From Rhina ancylostomus (Eukaryota), in assembly GCA_030265395.1 (NCBI GenBank), contig JARFYF010000017.1, positions 35,956,061 through 36,019,711 of the forward strand: DNA of 63,651 nt. The letters run 5' to 3'. Under the pieces are notes generated by a model. The model saw nothing but the letters and a program-made list of their open reading frames with translations. It did no database searches and was not told the DNA's origin. Positions 14,470-28,763 of the stretch are shown piece by piece (the stretch's first letter is position 1; each line of letters opens with the position of its first letter). The position numbers and the translations under genes are program-made.

Positions 14470-14588
14470 GTATTTGGCAATGGAAAAGTCAATGGAGAGC
14501 CAACTTGGGCCCTTCTTTTAACAGCCATCATCGCTGAACTTGGAATACTGATTGCTTCACTTGACATGGTGGCTCCTATACTTTCAAT
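14470..14588 (+). CDS. SLC12A4: KCC1 exon ([16 protein letters not shown]...APILSM)
   Basis: TTGCAG acceptor; GTAAGG donor. Confidence 0.95.
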
Positions 14589-16317
14589 GTAAGGGGATTT
14601 TCTTGTAAATTATTCACCTTTAATCAGAGATTTCATTTTTCGATGTCATCAGTTTTGCTCATTTCTGCATCCCTTGTATATCCTTTCATTTAATATTTTC
14701 TTCCACATCCCCTTTATATTCTTTTCTGTATTTGTCATTTTTTTCCAAAAGGAAAAATGTATTAACTTGATGATTTTTAGGAAACCTAACATTGCCCACT
14801 GAACATGTCCAAATTGTGTATATACATTATAGTGAAAAAATAAAGACTGCATGTATAATTTTCTTTATTCTGAAGGAAAGGACCTTAAAATTCATTCTTT
14901 GTATTTCACAATGTCCCTGGAATCCAGTACTGAATATTCAACAGATAAATCCTGTTCACTTGTTTGAAAAACAACTTCATGGGGACAGAAGGATCTTTCT
15001 CAGTTTTCTGTTCTCTCCTTTTGATTACTCATTTTTACTTTTAAATTTGATCTGGTACATTTTGCATCAATATTCAATCAAGTTGCTTAATCATCTTTAA
15101 AGCATTCTTACGATTTTATATCAGTAGTTGCTTTAATATTATTGCTAATGCAAATCTCCCTTTCCACAATCAAAATTGTGGAAATCAAAAGTTCAGCTAC
15201 ACATTTTAAATTATTTAAAAGCTTTGGATTGGATTGTGAAGCCATTTCAGGTGCTGCTGAGCCATGCATTTCTTCAGCCTGTTTTTGGGCTTTTTTTTCA
15301 TTTTCAGATTGGCCATTTCTTATAGGAAGCCAGACTGGTATTAAGTTAACTGCAGAGTTGAAACTAGTATATTATATAGAATCGGGTATACTGAAAAGAT
15401 TGTAAAATGAAAATATGTTAAAAATGTGGCAAAAGTGAATCCCTTAGTGTCAGCATACCTAACTAAAAACAGTCAAAGCCTTGAGTAATCGTTATTTAAC
15501 ATCTATTTTCTGGCTTTCACATGACAGAAGGGGAATTATGATGTTACTCTGCAAAGGTTGTCTCGGATTGAGTCAGTGCCTCTATGCAGATCCCTGTCGT
15601 ATTTCGTTTCGCCCATCAAGGATAAAATGAATGACATAAACGTTAGAGGGTGAACACTGAGACCAAGTGCAATACTGCAAATTTAAATTTGATCATTTCA
15701 CTCTCCTATCAATGGACAACTAAAACTTTGTCACAATTTCTTTTTATTTCCATTTATGTTTGGCCTTTTGAAAGTCTTTATACTTGTTAGCTTTAAGGGA
15801 ATCCTCTGATAACCTTTATAATTTGCTTTGTACTTGTGTATTGGCTCATGTGTTTTGTTTTGTCTGCCTATTGTGCTAGTTCCTACTACTTTGTTTTTTT
15901 TAGAAGATGCTTTTTCATTTTGTATCTTTTAGAAATAATGAAAAGGTACCAAGAATTGAAATCGGATTGATAGATATATAGAGAAGTGAGTTGGGGGGGG
16001 GGGGTTTCGTGGGAGGTGGGGTGGCGCTGGAAGGGAAAAATTTAAAGGGAGTGGGAATGGAATTAAACATTTGCGTTAAGAGCTGAACAGCACAGAAACA
16101 GACCCTTTTGTCCACCACATCCATGCTGACCTTCTTGTCCATTTACACTAATTGCATTGGAACACCAAATTTGAATATGTATTCAGAAAGAAAAGTGATT
16201 TTAAACAATTGAATTGTATGGTATAATGTGAATAAAAGTCCTTGTTGGTGTACAAGATTCCAGTTAGTTTTATTATTAATTTCTCTCTTCCCCACCCCCC
16301 CCCCCCCATATCAGTGA

Positions 16318-16503
<186 letters not shown>

Positions 16504-16792
16504 TAAGATGCTAAATTCATCAACTATTCTTGGTGTGAATAGTTATTAGTTTCTTTCCCTTCAATCTAAATTACTTAAATTGCCAGCAATTTGCAGATCA
16601 GTGTAATTTGTAGTATTCGAGGTTGTATTTCATTACAATAGATCCAGGGATGCGGCTCGGGTAGTTGAATGCATTTAACTATGCATGAAGGTGAACTTTG
16701 GTTATTTTCATTTGATCATAGCACAATGAACACTTAAAATAATTTAACCATTTTCTTCGGAAAATGAATTATTTCTGCTTGAAGCTCTATAA

Positions 16793-16966
<174 letters not shown>

Positions 16967-18692
16967 TAAGTATTAAAGGAATTTTCATGATTACTTGATA
17001 CTCGTATTCTTTATGATTTTTCAAAATTATTTCTCTGCTCTCATTTCTTTAAAAAAAAGTCATCTTATAACTTTAGGGACTGACACAATTTGTTTCAGGA
17101 ACCTTAAAATGGAAATGGAGGGCTGCAATTTGCATTACGTGTGCCAGAAATTATGGTGTGGGTAACTCAGGCCATTTCTGGTGCCACAACAGACTTTCCC
17201 AAAACTTTTGTTTAACTCTGCTTTTTCTCAAGCATTTGTGTTTCTAATTATCTAATTTCTAATTATCATTTGTGTTCTATAATATTAAAAAAAGTTCAGT
17301 CCCTATTAATACCAAAGATGAAATAATCAGATGGGATGAATTCATGTCAGCAAGATCATCACTGTCACTTGTATTGTTACAGAATAATGTGATGAATGTA
17401 CAGGTATCCTATGGAAAGCATTTTAAAAGCCTAAAAATATTTGTGCTGATTTCCCACGCAGCTAGGTATTGTAATGGAGGGTGGGGGGGGGGGGAGTGTT
17501 AGCCTTGATCTGCCATGAAGTAGCAACTTGGGTTGGCTGTTTTCTCTCCTACTTCAATTGTTTTCTGATGAGGCAAGTCATTCTTAAAATCTGCATCTCC
17601 CAGCCGGAACCTCATGATGGAGTGTATGTTACAGGAAAACTTTTTAAAGTGGTGATTGTGAATCACTAGTGGCTACCTAAAATAAATAACTAAATATATT
17701 GGGCTGAAATTCCCACAGAAATCAGCATTTAAAATTAACTTTTACCTGTGCATCCACACGGCTCACTGTCCACTGTGGTCACTGTGGTATATTCTAATTA
17801 CTGATCCAACAGCTTGTGCTGTAAGCTCACCAAGGAGAGTGGGCGTGCCAGTCCAACATGTGGCATTCGTCATCACTATAGATTGATACATTGATCTGAA
17901 TTTGGTGTGGAGGATAAATCAGCCAACCCAAAGAAGAAAAGTAGCCACAGAACTTCATGCAACACAAGTTTGCTGAGATTCTAATTCTGCTGAGCAGTTG
18001 ATTCCCCCTCATGAATGAAAGGTAGCTAGCATTATTGTAAATGCTGTGCTCTAGAATAGTTGGGAGCTCCCATTGGGCTGCTCTTTGAAAATGGAATTTA
18101 TCATGATGTCAGTGAAGAAAGGAGTAGAGTAATTTCATTCCATAACTTGAATTCTAGAAAAGCCATTCTGGGCATATCGGGGCTGGGTAGAGGGCTTCCA
18201 CCTTGAACTTGTCTCATATTGTAGATTAGAGGTATTTAAACATTGTAAGATACTTCCAGTGCTCTCTGGTGCCGATAGATTTCTAACCTCAAGGAGGAGA
18301 CACTTCACTGGTGTCTTGTGTTGCACTTCAAGTGGACTTGAAGCTTTGATTGATCAGGTAATAATGTTCAAGTTTCCACCCCTTAAGGATCAATTTGGTT
18401 TCTGGGAAACATCAATAATTCACTTTTGGGAAAAACAAACCTTGCCAATTTGCAAGTAGCCTGGTGTAATTGTTTTGTCTGCTTGAATTCACTGGTTTAG
18501 TACTGAACTAAGCTGCTGATGGTGGATATCATGTGTCATGTGCATCTTGAGAGTTTGATGTCATAACAAATATTTAAGATATATATCCAGTTAAATATTG
18601 ATCTTAAAGGAAAGTATAAATGCCAGTCAGTTCTATGCTATTTTAACCAAAATTGAACAGTATGACCACCTAGATTAATTGTCTTTCCACAG

Positions 18693-18797
18693 TGCTGAGA
18701 AAGAGTGGGGTGATGGGATTCGTGGTCTGTCCCTAAGTGCAGCTCGTTATGCATTACTGAGATTGGAAGAAGGTCCTCCTCACACTAAGAACTGGCG
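18693..18797 (+). CDS. SLC12A4: KCC1 exon ([35 protein letters not shown])
   Basis: CACAG acceptor; GTAAAA donor. Confidence 0.96.
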
Positions 18798-19788
18798 GTA
18801 AAATGATTACAGTTCCCTAATGTAAAACTGTAATGGAGATCACACAATATAAAACAGTTTGTATTGTGTGACCTCCATTGTTAAAAAGTTGGTAGAAGCT
18901 TGGTTCTAGAAGGGTCGCATTATATCAAAGTGAATGATTTTCTTTCAAACATGACAAAAATCCTTTCCAAATCTGAATCTATATATAATCAAGATGATTG
19001 TTCTGTCTGAAGCTCTAACATATTTTACACCACTCTTCATTGCATGTATTCTTCTGTATTTAGTCAGAATCACAGATTTGTGATCACTTGCTCTCTGATT
19101 CATGACTGCTTATAAAAATAAGACAAAGGTATGGGCATTTGACCAACATTAAACTTGTTTCGAGAAAAATCTTTTTGATCCACTCATCTTTTTACATTTT
19201 ACCAGCTTCCTGCATGTTGGCCTTCAGCAGTGTCTGTAAGAGCCAAACCTTGCTCCTTCCCTGCAAAGTGTATATTGTAGATTGCATCTGCACTCAGTTC
19301 CTCTTGCTGCACCTTGTTTTTAAGGCACATTTTGTACTTGCTTTAATTAATAGTCTTAGACAGATAATTACCCCACAAGCCTTTGCATGAAAGCAGTCTT
19401 GCAGAATCATTAAATGTCTCTCCCTGGCAGCAATCCAATGCTCCCTCTGGCATCTCCCACTGCTCCCCCTGCCTCTCCTGCACCCACACCTGCCTTCCAC
19501 AGCTTCATTTTACTGCATGCTCCCCCACTCTGGGGGGGAAAATATCCACATGCATTTATTTCATTTCATTCTGGGTATAGGTCTGCCAGTGTGCTGAGCT
19601 GAGACTATTTTTTGGTTATTAACTAACAACCGAAGACTAACTTTTTTTTTAGTTTGGGTGGAGATTTTTTGAAAATTAAAGATATTGGTTTTCTTTAATC
19701 TTATTCCATCGCTCTTCATCTTTCTCTGCCTGATTTAGCCCTGGCAGAGCTCAACATTGTTATTACTAATGTTGAATGATTCTGCTAA

Positions 19789-19983
<195 letters not shown>

Positions 19984-20945
19984 TGACAAGTTCTGATAAT
20001 TTGCAACTTATTGTCATCAAAGTGAAAGGTTTTATTGCCATAATAAGCTCAGGACAGGCTGCCCCCACGTTGCAGCAGGGTCCTGTTCCTTTGAGCTGTT
20101 CATAACCTGAATAGTTTGCACATTGGAAATGCAGCCACGAACAATGTTGCCTGCGGCCTCTCAGGAGCCAACAAATCCCTACAGCTGGTCTCCCAAATGC
20201 TTGTTCGTATGTACAGGCCATCAGGTGGAAAGGACCTGTGTTTTCACATACTTGTTAGTAAGGCACAGAAGATGAATATAGTGTGCCACAGTTGTACTAA
20301 ACAAAAATGACAATCTGATATTTGATAGTGGCATTTACTTTGTGCTTTACAGTTTCATGGGTAGTTGATGGAGAGAGCAAGCTTTTCCTTCAGAGTTTAA
20401 TTTTTTTATAATTTTCATAAATATGAGTAAAGAAGTGCATCTACAGTTTTGTAAATCACTTAATACAGTGTATCTGGAGAGGGGCAGCAAGATAGGCAGA
20501 TGAATCAAGATGCCTTTGTGGTTTGTGAAAATTGTATCTTCAATGATACATTGTGCACACTACTTAGAAAATGGGCTCAACAGTAGAAAGTAATCAGGTG
20601 TTTTAGGGACTCAAGTAATAGGGATTTTTAATCAGTTAATAACCTGCGATTCTTTGAAGTTATATTTTGTAACCATTCGTGCTAAAGTCCTAAATAGTTT
20701 TGCAATATTGACAACCTTTTCTATCATTAACGTCTCAGATAAAGCTTTATATAGTTAAGCCTACCATTTTTTTTAAAATCCCCAATGTCATATTTAATTT
20801 GTTTATTAGCTGTTTCAAAATAGAACTGGTAACTGTGATAAGCTGAATAGGATATCAATGGAGCAATTTAACATTGTACTTAATATTTTTGCATGTTGTA
20901 CCAAAGTTAAGATATAGTTTGAATCGCATACACTTTCCAATTTAG

Positions 20946-21141
20946 ACTATCAAGAACATGATGGCAATTGAAAAGGTCAAAGGATTTTGCCAGATTGTGG
21001 TTTCGTGCAAGGTTCGAGAAGGCATTGCTCATTTAATTCAATCTTGTGGACTTGGTGGAATGAAGCATAATACAGTGGTCATGGGTTGGCCTTATGGCTG
21101 GAGGCAGAGTGAAGATCCCAGGGCATGGAAAACTTTCATAG
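20946..21141 (+). CDS. SLC12A4: KCC1 exon ([14 protein letters not shown]...AWKTFI)
   Basis: TTTAG acceptor; GTAATG donor. Confidence 0.95.
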
Positions 21142-23588
21142 GTAATGTTTATTAGCATCCTCAGTCTTTACATTGTATATTTTGATATGATCTGAAGTAG
21201 GATATTCTTCTCAACTTTTAACCACTTGTATCACCAGTTTGCAAATCGCCCTGTATCCTTGAAAGTAAGGCTTGGATCATCTGAGTTAGGTGTCTACCCA
21301 GGACTTCCTACTGTCATGTTCCTGCAATGAGTCCCGACAACACTTCAGCAGGCTGACCCACACTGATGGAAAAGTCACGCTGGCAGCTTTTCTATGCACC
21401 AATGANNNNNNNNNNTCACTGGGTTTTCCATTGTCATTCTTTTAGAATGAAGTCAGAAGTTGAAAAGTATTATAATTACAAAATAAAATTTTAAAAAGTC
21501 AGAGGCAGCTTCTACCTTCTTTTAAATATTTGCTCAAAGTACCTCTGTCATGATGGTTAGTATTTTGGGCAAATGGCTATATGGACAATGTTCACCAACT
21601 TTACTTCCACCTCATCCCTCCCACCCGCAGAGTTCCAAACTGTGTCAAAGACCTTGGATAATAGTGGGATCTCAGCACCAGGCCATTCACCATTCAGCTG
21701 TCCATGCATGCCAGAAAATTGCGATGCATTTGGGTTGCTGAATAGGGAGGGCCGCCCACTGATATCAAGGCTGTGAGCTGCCATCAAATGAGATGCCAGT
21801 TTCCCAGGAAAGAAGGCAGTGGGAAGGTGAGTAGCTCTCCCATCAGTAAGCTGCTAAGGCAATCCAGCCCTTTTCTGACCTTCAATTAAGGTAATTATCA
21901 ACACTGATTCAACAGCTGTGCTGAAAGGCAGACCCTCAAAAATAGTTGTACCATGCTTTCAATTAATCATGTCACCTTGCCATTAAAGGCACCTATTTAT
22001 AGCCTTTCAAGGGAGCTAATAAATTTTAGGATTTTTGGACAAAAGAGCATTAATAGACACTCTGCAAATGTTTTAAGTATTACAAGTCATTTAATTCACC
22101 AAAGCTAGGATGTCAATAATTCTGTGTATTTATTTGGTAAAGTCTTTTCCAGCAAATGAATGATCAACCGCACAGAAGTGAAATTGTCACTTACTTAAAT
22201 ATTTATTTTTGTGACTGAATCAATGGTATTGATAAAACCGCAGCAAATTAACATTCTTAAACATCAAGGAATATGTTTTACTACTGGTTCATGCAGATTT
22301 TGTGTTTCTAATTCTGCAAATAGGATCATGCAGAGACTTGAACTGTTTGGAAAATTGGTGCAGATTAGTGAGAACTTCATCCCACTGTGTGTAATCAGCA
22401 TTGACTACTGTTAGCACATAATAGCTCAAACCTGAATAAAATCTCTTCAAGCATTATTGCAGAATGTAGTAGTCAACAAAGAGTAATTGTAAGCATTTAA
22501 TATAGTTTTGGACACGGTTGATAATAGTTGGAAAATATCAAATTACAAGACATCTATTTTCATGTACTAAAATATCCAATTCGTGTTGTTGAGTGAGATA
22601 CCACTAATATGGACGGTCCAAACATGTAAAACTATCCCCTTGAACTTCCTCATTTATATCTTTCTTATAGTTATGGAAATTGTTTAAATTACATTTATTA
22701 GTTAGTTGCATTAAAATGCCATACAAAAGAATTCAGAGTCCCTAGTATTTGCCCAGTCATGAGATGAACAGTGAAGATAAGTGAATGTGAAACTTCCTCA
22801 TGGCTAGAAAGCTAGGATATATGCAAGTTTGTATCTGCCCCAGAAGGGAGATCACTGTAAGGTAGCTCATTGCCCACCCTCTCAAATGGGCAATAGTTCT
22901 TGTGGGGTGGGTATTCAAGGTTGCAAAGAAAAATATTTTGAGACCCATGCTAACTATGTCTAAGAGGATCAGCTTGGATCATGAATTATTGTAGTTCCAC
23001 ATTTACAATTATGAAACCAACTTAAAATTGTTCTGGGTTAAGCACTTTGCTGTTATATGGCGGTTTTCAGGGAGTGTATCAAGAACACATGACTTCAAGC
23101 TCAAAAAGGTTGGCATTCACTCGGCAAGTGGATGAAAAATATGATTTGTGCATCCAGAACTAGACATGGAGCATTTTTGAAGTCTATTGTGTTTTGAATC
23201 TAAGTAGCCAATTTTATCTAGGCGCATCTGTGGCGTAATTTCTCACCATTGTCACCTATTGTGGCTAGATTTAACTTGATTGTAAAGAACCAAATAGTTA
23301 TAAGCAAAATGTTAGTTTAAAGTATTGCTTATCAAAGTAATTAATATTAAAAAGTCACTCAGTATTTCCAGTTTTGTAATGTTCTGGTGTTGATCATTGT
23401 CTTTCTTGGAATATAGCAAATTTTAGTATCACCCCCTTACCCCCAGAACAGCAGTTCCCCCTTGTTTACAGCAGTGGCAACATACTTTTCATGAGCAAAA
23501 CCTATATATTTCTATTGCTAATTGGCCATTTTTTCTTGGTTAATGAGAAAACATCAAGAGTTTTAACACTAATCATTTTTTTTTACAG

Positions 23589-23758
23589 ATACAGTAAGAG
23601 TCACCACAGCAGGTCACCTTGCTCTGTTGGTGCCAAAAAATGTTTCCTTCTACCCAAGTAACCATGAACGCTTTACTGAAGGCCACATTGATGTTTGGTG
23701 GATTGTGCATGATGGAGGCATGTTGATGCTACTTCCGTTTCTTCTCCGACAACACAAG
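23589..23758 (+). CDS. SLC12A4: KCC1 exon ([17 protein letters not shown]...LLRQHK)
   Basis: T-rich tract with ACAG acceptor; GTGTGA donor; [20 protein letters not shown] motif. Confidence 0.96.
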
Positions 23759-24429
23759 GTGTGAAAGAAAGACTAACATATATTAAAAAAAAACTTGTCT
23801 AGATTAGTAAATGAAAGGTTGCAACCAGAACAGTACAGACAGATTACAGAACTTGTTATTTCAAAAATCTACATATAGTAATGTATTTTTTTTCCAGCTT
23901 TTGCTTTTGATCCTTGTAACTAAGTGGATCAAATAGCTGCACTTACTGAGAGGAAGTGTACCAGTCCACAAACCAGTTTGTAAATTGTGATGGACCAACC
24001 TAATATTTCTTCATCTTCAGCACAAATATAATACATTGGGCAACATATCACATGGCTCACAATTAAATATTGTGCAGAGAGACTCTTGCTGATTTGTGTT
24101 GCTAAGTGACAAGTAATATTTGTGCCATACATGTGCCAGCAGTGAGTATTTTCCAATGAAAGAGAACCTAGTTACCTCCCTTTAATTTTCCCTTTCACTG
24201 AATTCACTACTGTCAATAACCTATGTGTCACCACAGTCTAGATGTTTAATGAACCAGCCGTAAATATCCCTTGGCTACAATAGCAGCTCAGAGGATAAGT
24301 ATTTTGTAGTGATTGAATCAGTTTCTGATTCCCCAAAGTATTTCTACTGTTTGCAAAGCATAAGTAAAGAAAATGGAGTACTAGTAATTTTTTTTTGAGT
24401 GAGCGCAGGTCCACCAGCACTCAAGAATC

Positions 24430-24820
24430 TCAGTACTTGATGGAGATGCCGTCAACCATCTTAAACAGTCATTCCCTCCACCATCAATGCACTGCATCTC
24501 CAATATCTGTCAAATGTAGTATAGAAACTTGCTAAGATTTCTTCCCTTCCAAAATGTGACTTCTGCCCAGAAGATCAAGGGCAGCAGACACTAGGAAACA
24601 CCACCATTCACAAGTTCTCCACCCAGCAGTGCTCCATTTAGAGTTGAAGTGCATTGTTCTTTCATTGCTCAGGCAAAATTCAGGAATTTCCTATCTAATA
24701 GCATTATGGATATACCCACATTGTGTGACTACAGTGGCTCAAAGCAGTGGTTAACCACTGGCTTCTTGAGGACAATTGGGGATGAGCCATGATTCTGGCC
24801 CTTGTAATGATGCTTTTAAA
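24430..24820 (+). mobile_element. Decayed 3' end of the same LINE family as 2725-4090
   Basis: Shares CACC...CAAGTTCTCC and CACTGGCTTCTTGAGGACAATTGGGGATG tail motifs with 3860-4080. Confidence 0.55.
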
Positions 24821-25127
24821 AAATGCTTCTTAATGTCCTACCACACACACACACACANNNNNNNNNNNNNNNNNNNNNNNNNNNNNNNNNNNNNNNNNNN
24901 NNNNNNNNNNNNNNNNNNNNNNNNNNNNNNAAATTACAAATTTCTGTTAAAAGACAACCAGCACCTTAATGAAAATTAAAATTACATTTTTCTGGGGTCT
25001 GAATTTGGGCCAATTAATGGAAATAGGGCTATTGTGTGTGTGTTTTTTTGTTGTATATGATGTTTGGACTTTTTTGTCTGCTGGCTGGCCAAAATATACA
25101 TTGACCTTGAGTTGTAATTCTGTGCAG

Positions 25128-25259
25128 GTCTGGAAGAAATGCAAAATGCGCATTTTCACAGTGGCCCAAATGGATGACAACAGTATTCAAATGAAGAAGG
25201 ATCTTGCAACATTTCTTTATCACCTGCGCATTGAAGCAGAAGTTGAAGTTGTTGAAATG
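25128..25259 (+). CDS. SLC12A4: KCC1 exon ([10 protein letters not shown]...EVEVVEM)
   Basis: TGCAG acceptor; GTGAGG donor. Confidence 0.95.
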
Positions 25260-25349
25260 GTGAGGATCAAACCAGATAAGATGCAACAAAATTAAAACTT
25301 TAATTAAGGAAATGTACATTCTCACAATAATATTTAATTCTACCCTCAG

Positions 25350-25457
25350 CATGGCAGTGATATTTCAGCTTATACCTATGAAAGGACTCTCATGATGGAA
25401 CAACGGTCGCAGATGTTAAGACAGATGAGATTGTCCAAGACTGAGCGAGAAAGAGAG
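25350..25457 (+). CDS. SLC12A4: KCC1 exon ([36 protein letters not shown])
   Basis: Follows a 90-bp intron; GTAAAT donor; contains the AYTYE regulatory Thr motif. Confidence 0.95.
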
Positions 25458-26417
25458 GTAAATGGCAGTAATTTTTAATAATCATGCTCTTAATAATCGT
25501 GTATCTTGACCTCCTGGAGGTTGTATGATTAATTGTCCCAGTAGATTAAGCTAAACAGGAAAGAAGTGATATTCTTAACCATGTCTCAGCACAGATTTTG
25601 GCTTTTTAAATACTGCTTATTGGATAGACTCTTCTAATGCACCTTGTTAATCAGCTCAGTTGTATTCCTGCCTCATTTACTGAAATGGTTCCTTCAGTAT
25701 TGTATCACGTNNNNNNNNNNCTCTTTTGGATTATCCTCCAACTACTACAACATTCCAGATTGACTAAAAATATTTTCCAAGAGCATACCTATTTTGACTT
25801 CAAGGCAGTATTGGTATGTTCAAATTGATGTGAATTTAAATTATGCATTCCTGAACATCAGAATGCCATGGTAACAACTTGTATTTCATTTATTTCAGTA
25901 ATTTACATGAATGATTTAGGATTGTGTAATGGACCTGGCCATAATTCAGATCGCAATTATTGATACTTGTGCATCTATATAATTATACACTGGAGGAGAA
26001 TCTCTCAGATAATGTCCCATTGGGTTTTGGCAATTCTAGATTGCAAAGGGGAACTGATCATTCATGTTCCTTTGCACTCCTGACAGATTAAACATTTGAT
26101 TGAAATGGGCCTGGAAGTTCAGAGGTTCCTGCTGTTCTTAAAATATCAACTGCAAAACAAAATTGAACGTTCCTGCATTCGTGACGTTTGTTGAGAGGAT
26201 GGGGCAACTTGGTTAGTCTTCAGGAACATACAAATCCCCATCTGAAACAGAAAGCAGGAAGTTGTGCAACCTGTTGAGTTCATATTGTATTCCCAATTTC
26301 AATGGAGAGGAAGCTGAGACCAATCACTTCCCGGCAACCAGTTGCTAAAACTTGCTTTCATGCACTATTTCAAAGTTGTAGGAGCATTAGCACCTTCAAG
26401 AAGTTAGTTCGCTGTCA

Positions 26418-26665
26418 TAGTACCCAAGGCATCTAACAGAGATGCAATGGATCTCCTATCAGCCTAGTAAATTTAAGTGCCCAATCATTAGTACCCAAGC
26501 CATCTAACAGAGATGCAATGGATCTCTTNNNNNNNNNNNNNNNNNNNNNNNNNNNNNNNNNNNNNNNNNNNNNNNNNNNNNNNNNNNNNNNNNNNNNNNN
26601 NNNNNNNNNNNNNNNNNNNNNNNNNNNNTCTCTTGTCAGCCTAATAAATTTAAGTGCTCAATCAT
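26418..26665. repeat. About 71-bp tandem repeat interrupted by an assembly gap
   Basis: Units start at 26418 and 26489; a diverged partial unit follows the gap. Confidence 0.8.
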
Positions 26666-27240
26666 TCCAGAATGCAAAGCTTGTGACAGACATCTCCCAT
26701 CAGTTCTCCAGCATTCTTTGCGATCTCGGCGAGATGCTTTTGTCTTTGTATTTATTACAAATTTCTGCTTTTAGGGGAATGACCTTCTTAGAACTTTGGC
26801 CCAACAGTGGGCCTTTCAAGTGCCATTGGGCAGTGCTATTTAAAGTGAAGACTGAGAACAAACAAGAAGACTAGATCTCTACCTCAGAAACCAGTAGCCT
26901 TAAACTAATGGACCCTGTTAACACCACAGAAGTTAGGCTCATTTACACTAAAGAGTGCAGCAGATGGAAGGGTATTTGAACATCACTTTCCTATATCAGG
27001 AAGGAAATCTATGTAGAATTTTATAGTATAAAGTTAAGACAGGCATTACTACCTAACATTTCTTGCTCATCGTAACTCCTTAGTAATATGCAGGGATCAT
27101 AATACCAGTGATGTAGTAGACGATGCACCCTATCTTAAAATGTCTTTTGGTAACTACTTTAGGAATATAGTCTTTATAACTAATAAATACTAATGCTATG
27201 GTTCAGTCTTTAAAAAAAATACCATACTGCTTTCTTCTAG

Positions 27241-27428
27241 GCTCAGTTAATAAAGGATAGAAATTCATTAATCCATCCATCAAATGTGTACATGGATGAG
27301 GAGGAAGAGATGCACATTTACCCTGAGAAGGTACAGATGACATGGACAAAAGAAAAATGTGAATCTGAAAGAAACCGAAGCAGAGCTGCCACCCCAAACA
27401 GTTTCAGAGAATTAATCAGTATTAAACC
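27241..27428 (+). CDS. SLC12A4: KCC1 exon (AQLIKDRNS...VQMTWT...FRELISIKP)
   Basis: TTCTAG acceptor; GTAAGT donor; not present in the ORF track. Confidence 0.93.
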
Positions 27429-28544
27429 GTAAGTGTTAAATGTCTCACAGGAAGAAAGCATTCTGTGAATAACACGTGATGAACCGTAAAATGGTTTCCT
27501 CCTTTTGTAGAACTGGTACTTGTTACTGATACATTTCTTTGTCTGGAAGTATATTTAGAACATTGTGTTAACATTCTGAAACCTAACAACAGCATCAAAA
27601 TTAACAACACAGTAATTATATTGTTGAATGGAGCGAGATCTAATTTCCTCAGCAAGTTGCTGAATAAGAGTTGATTACTGCCAATTCAAGACAGGAAAAA
27701 TTGAATTTTTGTAAGTCACTGACATTTAGAAACACTAAATGAATTAAAAGTTAATCAACTTATTAATTTTTTTTTTAATTTTGTTTCAAAAGCTTAAATA
27801 TTAAAGGTAAAGTTTATCCATTCAAAGAAATCCAAGTTCCTTCAATTTGCATTCCTCCCTTCCGGCCATTTCTCTGCATTGAAATTAATGAAATGATTGT
27901 TTCCTTGCAGATTCAAGGGTAGATTTTCTCACATTAGTGCTAGAAAGTTGCAGGAAGTTAGTGCTGCATTTTGGGCTCAGTCAGCAAGATACTAACAAAC
28001 ACTGTCAGGAATTTCACGACTCCAATGCAAGCACAAGAGGCCTGAATTTCCTGAAGCCGTGGGAGCATTTCTCAGGAAAATTTGTCCCCAATGTATTTCC
28101 TGATTCTTCATTCACTTTTTCCTTTCATGCAAAGAATCCATCAAATTTGTCTAATGAATTGAATGTAATCACTCAATGTTTTGTCTATATAATATTGAAA
28201 GGAGGCATGAAGAACATTCAAGTCTTCAAGGCCAGTTGTAGGTTATCTCACTAACAATTCGCAAGATCGCCCCCAATCTAAGCCTTTGCCAAACACTGTG
28301 CCCACCTGCACACACTAACCTGTCACTGATATGGAGGGTAAGCTGATCTGACCCTTCATAACTGAGAGCTGTCCCACTGAAGTGACTATGCCATGGGTGA
28401 TGTATCCTGAGGTCCAACTGTGGTGTAACCACACGGTGATTTAACAGCTTGCCATCATCAAATGCCTGCGAAGGAGTGTTAGATAATAATTAGCTATGTT
28501 GAAAAAGTATTTATATTTTTTAAAAATGCATGAGAAAATAATTA

Positions 28545-28763
28545 CAGGCAACCCCCGCATTACTGGGGCGTTTTATTCCCAGAAAACCGTCTGCATTGTG
28601 ATTTTCCATAATGCAAAGCCACGCAGTGCATCAAGAAATGAGAGTTGAAAAAATAAAAATTGACATGCAAATTCTGTGAGAGTGAATTTGTATTCCTTAT
28701 CTCGGAGTTTTCCATAACAGAGAATTTCCATGACTTGAACTGCTATAATGCAGGGGTCACCTG
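28545..28763. mobile_element. Tc1/mariner-superfamily (pogo/Tigger-like) MITE, 219 bp
   Basis: TIRs CAGGCAACCCCCGCATTA and TAATGCAGGGGTCACCTG (15/18 match); TA on both flanks. Confidence 0.85.

Noticed and set aside
26418-26665. CRISPR-like array
   Set aside because: The units are contiguous with no unique spacers, there are no cas genes, and the context is vertebrate.
27328-27336. Internal AAG/GTACAG donor in a KCC1 exon
   Set aside because: It is a weak site and its use would shift the frame against the next exon; there is no supporting evidence.
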